From Dendrobates tinctorius (taxonomy: Eukaryota), in contig NW_027361700.1 of the NCBI RefSeq assembly GCF_039654945.1, forward strand, positions 27,280,001 to 27,344,000: 64,000 nt of DNA, read 5' to 3'. Positions 1 to 11,700 of this stretch are shown one piece after another; position 1 is the first letter of the stretch, and each line of letters begins with the position of its first letter. The notes beneath the pieces are model-generated. The model had not been told where the DNA came from, ran no database searches, and saw nothing but the letters and a program-made list of their open reading frames with translations. The position numbers and the translations under genes are program-made.

Positions 1-833
1 TAGAGGGAAGGAATCCCAGAGGCAACGGCAGAGCGTAGGCCACCCGTGGGGCTCGTTCCATGCTGATGGATGCCAGATGGAGGGATCAGGTCGCAGATGG
101 GTCTCGGCCCCTAGCCAAGTGGAGTGGACAACAGGACTCAGCTACATGCTGACAGCTGTGGCACCTTTAGGTACCTCAGCCACTAACCACAGTTATCTTC
201 TCCGGAAAGGAAGCCATAAAGGAGCAAGGAAATGCAGAGAGTACGTTATCTGACAGGTTCCGCGGCTGCTGGCCTGGGACACTGACTGTGAAGTGTTGTG
301 TAGGAAGAGGCAGGAAAGCAACACTGAAAGACGGCTAGGAACGGCACATACTGAAGGGAGTGCAGGAAGGGTGCTATCCGTCTGCCTGGAATTTTGCTGG
401 GCCCCTCGCCTGGAGGACGCAGCACGAAGCGGGCATCTGTGTACACCAAAACTGTGAGTAAAGCTTTGGAACTGCTCCTATCTGTGTCCTCTGCATTCTT
501 CCTGTGCCACCTACTCTGCACTGCTACATCTAACATCATCATCACCTATTACTTCCATCTTACAACTTCTGCCCTGGGACAACAGCTCTGCCTGTGGATA
601 GCTATTCCAACTCTGCTGAATCACACCATCAGTCCCAGAAGATCTGCACTGCAGCGCTAGTCACTACTGACCAGAAACCACAGGTGGCGTCACGAACACT
701 AATTTAAAAACTCTTTAAATATCCCCTTTTATTGGATGCCCAGGGCCACGGACCGGGTCACCACCGCTGTGATACTGCCCCTTTAAGAAGCGGCCTGGTA
801 CCGAGTAACCCCACGGCCCTGGCGGACACTCCA
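1..833 (+). mobile_element. Probable 3' part of an LTR (runs off the window start)
   Basis: GC-rich non-coding segment with AGTAAA, ending ...GGACACTCCA; resembles frog LTR repeats from recall only. Confidence 0.35.
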
Positions 834-944
834 TGAACACAAGGGGTAGTGACAAGCACGAGACAGGCAATGAGAGAAACAACAAAAACTGAGCTCGAGC
901 TGTGGCTGTAAGCTCTACACAGCAGAGTGTACGGAACCAGGAAC

Positions 945-3572
945 CAAACTTCTCAATTTTCAACCTTTTATTTTTTATGTCCTTAAATCAGAGAGTCATA
1001 TCACACAAAATAGTTAATAAATAACATTTCCCACATGTCTACTTTGCATCAGCACGCTTTTGGAAGCATCATTTTTTTGTTAGGAAGTTGTAAGGGTTAA
1101 AAGTTGACCAGCAATTTCTCATTTTTACAACCATTGCAAAGCCATCTTTTTAAGGGACCACCTCACATTTCAAGTGACTTTGAGGGGCCTATATGACAGA
1201 AAATACCCCAAAATGACACCATTCTAAAAACTGCAACCCTCAAGATACTCAAAACCACATTGAAGAAGTTTATTAACCCTTCTGGTGCTTCACAGGAATT
1301 TTTGGAATGTGGTAGAAAAAATAAACATTTACTTTTCTTTCACAATAATTTGCCTTTAGACCTAATTTTCTTTACTTTCGCAAGGGTAACAGGAGAAAAA
1401 GGACAATACATTTCGTTGTGCAATTTCTCCTAAGCATGACGATACCCCATATGTGGGGCAAATCTACTGTTTGGGCACACGGGAGGGCTTGGAAGGGAAG
1501 GAGCGCCATTTCACTTTTTGAATGTAAAATTTGCTGGCATAATTAGCAGTGCCCATGTCGCGTTTGGAGAGACCCTGATGTGCCTAAACAGTGGAAACCC
1601 CCAACAAGTGACACCATTTTGGAAACTAGATCCCTTAGAGACCCCTTAGGGAACTTATCTAGATGTGTGTTGAGCACCTTGAACGCCCAGGTGCTTCACA
1701 GAAGTTTATAACGTAAAAAAAATCACATTTTTCCCACAAAAATCTATTTAGCTACAAATTTTGTATTTTCACAAGGGAAAAAGGAGAAAATGGAACCCAA
1801 AGTTTGTTGTGAAATTTCTCCTGAGTTCACAGATACCCCATATGTGGTCGAAAACTACTTTTGAGACACAATGTAAAACTCAGAAAAGAAGAAGCGCCAT
1901 ATTACAGTGCAGATTTTGGTGCACTTGTTTGAGGGTGCCATGTTACACTGACAGAGCCCCTGAGGTGCCAGAACAGCAGAATCTCTCATAAGTGACCACA
2001 TTTTACCAATTAAACCTCTCAATGAATTCATCTAGGGGTGCAGTGAGTATATTGACACCTCCGGTGGGTCACAGACTTTTATACCATTGGGCAATGAAGA
2101 AAATTCTACCATCAAGATTGTGTGTTAGCCCCAAGTTTTACATTTTCACACTGGTAAATGGGTAAAAATGGCACCAGAATTTGTCCCACAATTTTTGCTG
2201 AATGTAGCAATACCTCATATGTGGCTGTACAGTACTACTTTGCCATATGGAGTGACTCGGGAGGGACGCAGCGCTATTTGCCTCCTGGAACGCAGATTTT
2301 CCTAGACTAGTTTGCGGATTCCATATAAAGAGCCCCTAAGTGCTAGAAAAGCAGAATCCCCCCTCAAGTAACCACATTTTGGAAATTATAACCCTTTGGG
2401 AATTTATCTACAGATGTAGTAACAATTTTGACTCCATGGGTATTTTCCAGAAACAGGCAGCATAGGATGTTGCTGAGTGAATATTGCAAACTGCCATTGT
2501 AGTGACCAGTACGTTACAGTCACCAGTACGTTATGCCCAGCTCATGCTTCTGGAGACACACACCTGTAAATTAGGCGGGCTCTCATCACTACAGAAATGC
2601 CAAACATGTGGGTGCTAAATGTGGTTTAGGCACACTGGGGCTCAGAAGGGTGGGGGCATTTGGACATGGGAGCAGAGAATTTGCTAAATTTCTTTTGGGG
2701 AGCGTGAAGCCATTTAGCTTTTCTAGAGCTTTTGTGCTACCAGTAACGTGGAAGCCCTCAATATTTCCGTTAAGAGATGACGGACCTTTATTGGTACCAT
2801 TTTGGGACACATGACACGCTTTGATCGCTTTCTATTCCAATTTCTGGCGATATGATGATAAAGCATTGCTGTTTGCCTTGTTTTTATTTATTTTTTTACA
2901 GTGTTCACTGATGGCGATACCAAATGTGTACTTTTATTGTTTTTTTTATTTACATAAATAAATGTATTTATTGTAAAAATATTTATTTTTTTATTATTTA
3001 TTTAGGAATTTTTAAAAAAATATTTTTACGCATTCTAATATTTTTTTTAAACTTTTTACATTGTCCCAGGATGGGACATCACTATATAATGTTAGATCGC
3101 TGATCTGACACCCTGCACTGCAGAGTATCAGATCAGTGATCCGACAGGCAGGGAAGGAGGCATGTCGGCGCCTGCTCCCAGAAGGCGCTCACAAGCCACC
3201 TCCCTACATGACTCGGAATTACACCGCGGCCATCTTGGTGCCGGGGGTCTCCATGGAAGCCATCAGGTCAATGCTTTCGCATCGTGTTGTCCTGATGGGA
3301 GCACACAGGGAGCCCCCTCCGTTCGCAATACTTCTCTATGTTGCTGTCACTACTGACAGCGGCATCAGAGGGGTTAAATGCCCCCGATTGGTGCTAGCAC
3401 CGATCGTGGGCATTGCTGTGGGGTGTCAGCTGTAACATACAGATGACACCCACACCCAATCGCCTCGGCACTCAGCGTAAGGCCGCGCGATCAGTGCGCC
3501 GCACTAATGCTGCTGTTTGCGAAAACGCAATTCCGGCAGAGCAGTACTAGTACGGCACATGTCAGGAAGGGG
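945..3572. mobile_element. Partial large non-autonomous TTAA-targeting DNA transposon (piggyBac-like CCCCTT terminus)
   Basis: Ends ...GTCAGGAAGGGG|TTAA (3573-3576); internal repeated blocks; inverted homologue at 28554-31990. Confidence 0.65.
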
Positions 3573-4319
3573 TTAATACCTCACTCCTTGGGCTGGTGTG
3601 GTGCATCAAGAGAAAGTTCACTAGGACATGAGGTTTGACTCTGGCCTGGGCATATTAGCCTTTAAGTAGTTAGGAAAATATGTATTGTTTTGGGGTCGCT
3701 AATATTGTGGGTACTCCAGAATTTTTGTTATATTAAAATTTAATAAAAGGCTGCAATGGCAATTTTACCCAAGTCACAAGCAGTCATATGTGTTCTTTAC
3801 ATATGGGAAGAGGAGTTATTGGCTAAGGAGCCTCTTAGCTTGTCAAGGTGCGGTGCAGTCTAGCGGCTGAAGAAGTGACTTGCACAAATGTTCGATATGT
3901 AATGTGATGCCGATCTTATTGACTTTGAGTGAGCAGCGCTCATGTAGATGGCTTCTACATCTGTACAATTTCATATCATTAAAGCATCATACATGTGTAT
4001 GTAATGTTCATACATAAGTTTTAATTCTGCTCCATTTTCACAATTTCATGATTCTGCGTGCAGTCAGTGAATAGAGACATACTTTACTTTACATTCAGAT
4101 GCTAAAAACTTTTTCAGATCATACCCAACTAACTCACACTCATGTACAAAAAGATACTGAGGGTATTTTGTTTTGTTTATTTTTTTGCTTTGTGAACCTC
4201 CCTCCAGTATTATAAATTGCTTGAATCAATTGCGGTTGCTTGTTACATGATGGACGCTTGCAAAGCTGTCATCTCAAAATACTTTTGGCATGTCTTTGAG
4301 ACTATCATCTATCAGTTAA

Positions 4320-4712
4320 GGTACTGTCACACTTAGCGATGCACCAGCGATCCCGACCAGCGATATGACGCGGTCAGGATCGCTGGTACATCGCTAGGTG
4401 GTCGCTAGTGAGCTGCCACACAGGCAGATCTCACCAGCGACATCGCAGGGGTCGGGGGTCTCTACTTACCTGTCAGACGAGGCGATCCTGACGTCCTCCC
4501 GCCCGCGTCCACGTGTCGCTCGTAGTCACAGCAGGAAGCTGACGACGAGAAACGGTCCAGGCCGTTCTTGTGCTATCAGCAATAATCAGCGGGGGAGCCG
4601 GTCGTAGGTAAGTATCAGACACAGCGATATCGCTAGCAATATCGCTGCTACGTCACAAAAACCAGTGACGTTATAGCGATACTGCTAGCGATATTGCTTA
4701 GTGTGACAGGCC
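4320..4712. mobile_element. PIF/Harbinger (Tourist-like) MITE
   Basis: TAA|GGTACTGTCACAC ... GTGTGACAGGCC termini; AGCGAT/ATCGCT internal repeats; same family as 20084-20490. Confidence 0.7.
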
Positions 4713-5044
4713 GAGAGTACAGGTCTATCAAAGGTTACTTTGACTCAGATAACACATCAATCGAACATCACTGCACAAAAAGGTGTCATTCAACATCTAA
4801 TTTGACATCGATTAATGTCTTGTGCAATGTTACAGGGGTTAACTCAAGTTCATAAATGGGTAAAATTGCAAAGTGCTTGTAAAAACGAGAGAATTTACAA
4901 TTTACCTTTTTTAACAATCATCTCCATTCTCAAGAATGAAGGGATTTTTAGTTTTATAGTGTACAGTTTGTTGCTTAGGATACCGACCACCCTGGAGTTA
5001 CAGCCTGGCCTGTTGCCTTGAAAAGGAGCACACAGCGTGAGCAC

Positions 5045-6026
5045 TAGGGTGACCGCAAAAAATCGATGTCGGAATTTTGTCCGTCTGGACCCCACAAAAC
5101 GATTCCCCTTTCCAGATATTGAGATAGCCAAAATTTGAGCTCGATCAAACGACGTTAACCCATGCCGCTCGTCGCTCAAAGTTTGAAAAAATCCAAATTG
5201 AGGTATTTTAAGATTTAGGTATTTTGCATAGTCTGTTAGACTATAAAGAATGTGACAACAACATTGCAGAAATAGCCCTGACCAAATTTTCGAACCATTT
5301 GTGGTATTTGAATGCAGAGTTGGTGGGATTATCGTTTTTTGATCCCACCATTACAGACAATGAAAAGTTGTTAATGGCTAATAAATTGCTTAGTAGCACA
5401 GATGAACCATCAGAGCACGCTAGGGTTGTAAATCTAAAAGTTAGGAAAGAAAAATTAAAAGAGGTAGGAAGTAACCGACTTTAGCGACCTTCTGACAAAA
5501 GATGAAGAACAAAACCAATATGTCCTGCAAGTTGTAAGCAAATGCCGAGCATTATATTCTGACGTTTCAAAAACTACTTTAAGAAAAGCTCTAGAATAGA
5601 TTAGATAACTATGTAAAATTATCAACTCATGTAGGTTAGCGTGCTCTGATGGTTCATCTGTGCTACTGAGCAATTTATTAGCCATTAACAACTTTTCATT
5701 GTCTGTAATGGTGGGATCAAAAAACGATAATCCCACCAACTCTGCATTCAAATGCCACAAATGGTTCGAAAATTTGGTCAGGGCTATTTCTGCAATGTTG
5801 TTGTCACATTCTTTATAGTCTAACAGACTATGCAAAATACCTAAATCTTAAAATACCTCAATTTGGATTTTTTCAAACTTTGAGTGACGAGCGGCACGGG
5901 TTAACGTCGTTTGATCGAGCTCAAATTTTGGCTATCTCAATATCTGGAAAGGGGAATCGTTTTGTGGGGTCCAGACGAACAAGATTCTGACATTTTTTCC
6001 CCCCCATATGAGATCCGGTCACCCTA
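5045..6026. mobile_element. hATm-family foldback non-autonomous element with transposase remnants
   Basis: TIR TAGGGTGACCG; perfect 8-bp TSD GTGAGCAC (5037-5044, 6027-6034); arms of about 360 bp inverted; peptides HLWYLNAELVGLSFFD and LTKDEEQNQYVLQVV typical of the hATm C-terminus. Confidence 0.85.
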
Positions 6027-6685
6027 GTGAGCACGCTCTATATTTTACTGCCTGCTCACGCTGATCTAAAGCTGTCCAGATCGCTGGATCCAATCAGTCT
6101 TAATGGAGGCTTTTCTGAAAATTGATTAGCACACTTGGGACACAAATCTATCAGACATTTATGGTATATCCTGCGGATATGCTATAAATATCCAACATGG
6201 GCATACCATTCACCTTTCTGCACAGAGAAATGTCAGCACACAGTCTCCTGAGGTTCACGTGACTTTGTTATGTCATTTGAGCTCTGTCTGCAGCCAATCA
6301 GCAGCTGCTATTAGGTTGCTGAGCACTTACTTTCTTTGGACGAGCCTCAAACAATTGAAGAAGTCAGGATACAGCAGCCCAACGGCAGCTGCTGATTGGA
6401 TGCAGTGCTCACTTGGCACAATATTGTCATGCAAGCCCTAGGAGAGATACCGCTGGAATGGCACCAGTGCAAAACGTTAGTATATGTTATTTTTATTTTA
6501 TAAGGGGAGCTACTTTATTTAAAACTAGCTGAAGAGCCTGGCGCTGCCTGGGCATTGTAACTAACTACAGTTAGTTATAACAAATTATAATGATTATATC
6601 TATCTATCTATCTATCTATCTATATATATATATAAAGCTGAGTGTATAGCCCCGCCCACTCTGCATAGCCACATTCACTATAATA

Positions 6686-6865
6686 GAGCCACCAGACTAC
6701 TACCCCTAATATCCCACATCATCCCGTCACAGCCACTGGACTACTACCCTTAATATCCCACTTCATCCCGTCAGAGCCACCGGACTACTACCCCTAATAT
6801 CAAACACATCCCGTCAGCCAGAGCCACTGGACAACTACCACTAATATCCCACATCATCCCGTCAG
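6686..6865. repeat. Minisatellite, about 44-48 bp x4
   Basis: GAGCCACTGGACTACTACCCCTAATATCCCACATCATCCCGTCA units. Confidence 0.85.
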
Positions 6866-7560
6866 CCTGGGGTCAGAACCAGTGCGCTGAGTGGAACGGT
6901 CCTAACTTCCATACCGGGGATCCCTTTAAGAGAGGCCTGGCTTCAGAATCAGAGCGCTGAGTGGATTTGCCCTGACTTCCATATCAATGATCCCTTTAAT
7001 AGAAGCCTGGGGTCAGAACCAAAGCGCAGAATGGATTTGCCCTCACTTCCGTACCGGGGATCCCTTTAAGAGGGGCCTGGGGTCAGAACCAGAGCACTTA
7101 GTGGAATTGCCCTAACTTCCATACCGGGGATCCCTTTAAGAGAGGCCTGAGGTCAGAACCAGAGAGCTGAGTGGAATGGTCCTAACTTCCATACCGAGGA
7201 TCCCTTTAAGAGAGGCCTGGGGTCAGAACCAGAGAGCTGAGTGGAATGGTCCTAACTTCCAGACCGGGGATCCCTTTAAGAGAGGCCTGGGGTCAGAACC
7301 ATAGCGCTTAGTGGAATTGCCCTAACTCCACACCAATGATCCCTTTAAGAGACCCTGGGGTCAGAACCACAGCGCTTAGTGGAATAGTCCTAACTTCCAT
7401 ACCGGGGATCCCTCTAAGAGAGGCCTGGGGTCAAAACCAAAGCGCTGGATGGATTTGCCCTGACTTCCATACCAATGATCCCTTTAATAGAAGCTTGGGG
7501 TCAGAATCAGAGCGCTGACGGATTTGCCCTAACTTCCATACCGGAGATCCCTTTAAGAGG
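6865..7560. repeat. 70-bp minisatellite, about 10 copies
   Basis: AGAGGCCTGGGGTCAGAACC recurs (with variants) at 6931, 7001, 7071, 7141, 7211, 7281 and onward. Confidence 0.95.
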
Positions 7561-8507
7561 GAAGATGTGCCTATGGGATGAAGGATGTGTTATGGGGATA
7601 TGAGCAATGAGGGGGTGATTCATTTCTGTCATGTGCTCTCTGCTGCTTTCTGGGGGGCAGACAATGGCTGGGAGATTATGTTCCCAGGGATGCTAGATTT
7701 CTCCCATCCGGTCATTGTCTGCTGAGGTATTGTCGTGGAGTGGAAAAACTGTTGCTTATAACAACCAATCACAGCTCAACTTCTTTTAAACAGCTCTGGT
7801 GAAATTAAAGATGCTTCGTGATTGGTTGGTGATACACGCATACATACACACATACATTTAATTTTATATATATAGATGTATTTTTTAGGTAGTGGACAGA
7901 CCCTTTAAGCTTTAACTTTTAGCTTGTGCAGTGGCTGGCAGTTGAGTAGTATGTGCAATGCAGGTGACATATGCCAATACTGCTCAATTGATCCGCATAG
8001 GTTTCCATTTGGGTGACTACAGTGAGGGATCATTAGAACATTAAAGGAGTAGTATTATTACCCATACTCTTTAAACATACCAGTTCATGCAGTGTTGGAG
8101 GCTAGGTCCAATATCAGATAGCCATAATATATTTTAATATCTGCATTCCAATAATTTCCAACTGTTGAAATCTCATTTGTGTGACTTTTTGTGTGCCCCA
8201 CCCTACTTATCCTGGAAAGTCAATAATACCTGCAAGAGACTCCCACTTTGGTTATGTTTGCATAAGTTCTACCCCCTTTAAAGTTGCATATTTTTGGTGT
8301 AATGCCCCGGCCACCAATCATTCTAGTGAATCCATCGTAAATCACTACAGATCCTTGTCTAAATCCAACCTAAAACTGAATATTGCCAGCACTGCACAAC
8401 TCATGAATTGACAGTTGTCATGTTCTTTTATTTTCAGGAAAAACTCAGAAAAGTTTCTAATGTCAAGACTAACTCTGCAAAATTATGTATCAACTTGTTT
8501 GCAAAAG

Positions 8508-8513
8508 TTTATT
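8508..8513 (-). terminator. Polyadenylation signal AATAAA, keratin A
   Basis: tttatt about 100 nt past the stop codon. Confidence 0.7.
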
Positions 8514-8615
8514 GGACAGAAAAATGCAAAGAAAACAAAAAGCATAGAAGTGACACTAGACGGTCTGTGAAGGAGAATGTTCTTTGAAGTTTCCTGACTT
8601 CTGCTAAGGCCTGGG

Positions 8616-8713
8616 TTAATACTTCTCTTCAATTTCTCTCACTTGTGTATTAACAACTTTTCCATTCACCACGTCTTCAATCAAGGTCTTGACTTTTCTT
8701 GTTCTACTTGGAT
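8616..8713 (-). CDS. Keratin A exon 8 (coding part)
   Basis: [32 protein letters not shown]-stop (TAA 8618-8616). Confidence 0.93.
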
Positions 8714-11700
8714 CTTTGGAAGAAAACAAAAAAATGTTCACTTACAGTAATTGTAAAAATAACTTCATATATGTGAGAGTACATTTTAGATGTGTGAGAA
8801 ACAAATTAATGTACTTTCCTAATAGTCATGGCTAATATTATATTCTGTGAAAATTTCATAAATGTCTAATGTAGTTATACCCTTACTGGTTTTATCACAT
8901 TGCATTGCATTTATGGTATTTGTGATGTCGACTTATAATGGCCATATTTTCATGACACAACCCCATCAAGGTCAACAGTAGACTCAACATATTTGGAGAT
9001 TTGCTGTGTGGTCCTCAAGATGACTGAATCTATGCTAATATCTTAAGGCCACCATACACATTGGACTAACAATGGCTATATCTGCCAATATCGACTGTTT
9101 CGGTCAACAGTCTGCTATATACTTTATATCGACCTTTCCCTGATAGATGATCGAGGGAGATCATAATTAGTTTTGTCCGACTTCAAAAAGCTGATCCTTT
9201 TGATCTCTAAGAAATAAGCCGCCGCTAGAGATATCTGCCAGAAGTTCTCTCAATGAGAACACATATGTATGGGAGAGTCAGGTAGATAGGTGCCTGTTGA
9301 ACGATCAGCCGAATGATAGCTATCAAAGCTATACTTTAGTATATTGCCTGGCTTATTTACTTGTTTTCATGGTTGATAATGATTAGAGATGAGCGACTTT
9401 GCCTTTTTTCGGGTCGAGTCTGGTTTCATGAAACCCGACTTTCTCAAAAGTCGGGTCGAAAGCAATCGGCTGATTATCGTGAAAAGTCGAAGGCCGACTG
9501 AAACACGAAACCCAATGCAAGTCAATAGGGAACCAAGGTCGGCAGTGAGTGGAGGACAGGAAACACACCTACAGTGTCCATTTTAATGCCAAAAACATCA
9601 ATTCTCATTACTTAAGCTTGTCAACCTTAATTTACTTTATAATAATAGTTAGGCATTGAAAACTGGGGGTTATTTGGCTAAAGTTGTGGGGGGGGGGGTA
9701 GGGCTGGCTCCAGATTTTCGTAGGCCCTGGGCCAAAGCCAAAGAGTGTCACTGGGCTCCTTTAACACATGCCACAAGTCATGATCCTCTGATACGGCAGA
9801 GAAATAGCAGTATAGTAATATGAAATTGAGTGCATGGACAATGCGGTCTTTCACAATGAGGATTCTTTAGGACCGCTTACCTTTAGAAGAATCCACTGAC
9901 TTTTGACTCGTAGAAGAAGTTGATGAAACTCCCAAAGATGACCTTGAATAAAGAAGGAGTTTGTTAGTCAAAGCATCAGCACGAGAACCACCATGATCTT
10001 CGAGAATTTTCCTTCCTTACCCTCCTTCTCCTTCGAGCAGCTGACGATATTTCTCAATTTCTTGCTCCAGACGAGTTTTTATATCGAGCAGCCGTTTATA
10101 CTCATCACTTTGGTTCTCCATGTCACACCTCAACTGGCTCAATTGTTCTTCCACAGTACTGATAATATTTTGTATTTGTGTGATCTGAGCACAATATCGA
10201 CCTTCTGTTTCTGCCAATGTGGTTTCTAGGGATTGTTTCTGTGAACATGAATAAAACTCATATTTTTAAGGATATCAGATTCTGTTGGCAAATGTATTTA
10301 GCGAAAATGCTGAAGAAGATCTGTGAAGATCTCATGTATCATCTATTCATAAGACTTATGTAGGCTCTAATAGATTTCTTACACACTATTATTTTCATAC
10401 CATTGCCAACTGGGACTGCAGCTCTATTTCCAGGGCTTGAAGGCTTCTTCTCAAGTCAGAGATCTCGGAACTGCTGGACTGCACCTGAGCCACCCCAGCT
10501 GAAATCTCTTTCTTCAACTCCTTACTCTATAAAAGCAAAGTGATACATTACAAATCAATCCCACAGTAATATAAAAAATAACATATTTTTGTTGAGTGTA
10601 TGTGATAAATGAAAAAGATTGCCTGTTTTGAACTGTCCCCTTTTTTGAAGAATGAGAATGGCCCCATAACAATATGCTGAGGTTTTTTTACTTTTTTGTA
10701 AGGTGTATAGACTATTCCTTACAGAATCCCTACAAGGAAACTAAAGAATTACGGAACATGGTTGCTATTGCAATGAAAAGTCTCTATGTGTGATACATAG
10801 ACATAGTAGGCCTTCTAAAGGTGAAATGTTCTTTGTGGCCTCTCTCTGCTTTGGCTAATAGATGGGGGATTGGAGATAGGGACTTACTGTAAAGTAAAAA
10901 GACTTTCCTAAAAGAGTAACCGATGTTTTATTTTTTTTTTATACATTAATAGTACACATGCAAATAAGCAACTTTGTAATATGTCTTATCAGAGAAATCC
11001 ACTTCTTTCTCCATCAGAACTAATTGTTCATACTCAGAATTCTCAATTCACTGTTAAAATCTGTTTTGTGTGAAGAGGAAGAGGGAGGAGCTAAAGGCAG
11101 AGCTCCTCCCACCTCATATCCCCTCTGGTTTACATTGGAGGTGAGCATTGCTACTAATTCTGAGATTCTATCTTTATTGAATACAGAGTTTAGCTGCAAA
11201 TTGACAAGCTTGAAAAGAAAAGATTCCATCCAGGAGGGGAAAGAAGCAGATTGCTCTGGTAACATTACAATACTACAAAGTTTCGTTTTTTCAACTTTAC
11301 TATTAATTTATGAAGAAAAACTTACAACAACGGTTACTTTTTAATGTTAAAGGCGTATTCTCATCTCCAAGATCCTATCCCAGAATGTAATAGGTGTAGT
11401 AATAATAATAATAGTAATAATAGCAAATATCTCCAATTAGAAATGTAGTATAGTTCTTCTGATAAGCTATGTCACTTACCCCATGTGCAGGGCATTTCAG
11501 TAGCATAGGTATCCATGGTTATGATGACCAATCATATAGTGACAGTTAGTTAGTTGTTAGTGGTCATAACCATGGATACCAAAGTTGCTGCAATGCCTAC
11601 TCAGGGGGTAAGTGACATAGTGAATCAGAAGAACTATCTTACATTTCTAATTGGAAGTATTTGCTAATATTATTATTATTACACCTACTACCTATTGGGA

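Larger units (their letters stand above)
6525..7876 (-). mobile_element. Non-autonomous Helitron (composite) carrying tandem repeats
   Basis: Minus strand 5' A|TCTATATATA at 7876; 3' GC hairpin plus CTAG|T at 6525; the 3' end matches the Helitron end at 44890-44960. Confidence 0.75.

Noticed and set aside
6000-6014. 15-bp match CCCCCCATATGAGAT between the hATm end and the ribozyme P1/P2 region (52597)
   Set aside because: No flanking similarity and none of the remaining ribozyme elements; treated as chance.
6865-7560. 70-bp array as a CRISPR array or tRNA-derived tandem
   Set aside because: Units are contiguous with no unique spacers, the context is eukaryotic, and A/B-box resemblance is weak with no cloverleaf.
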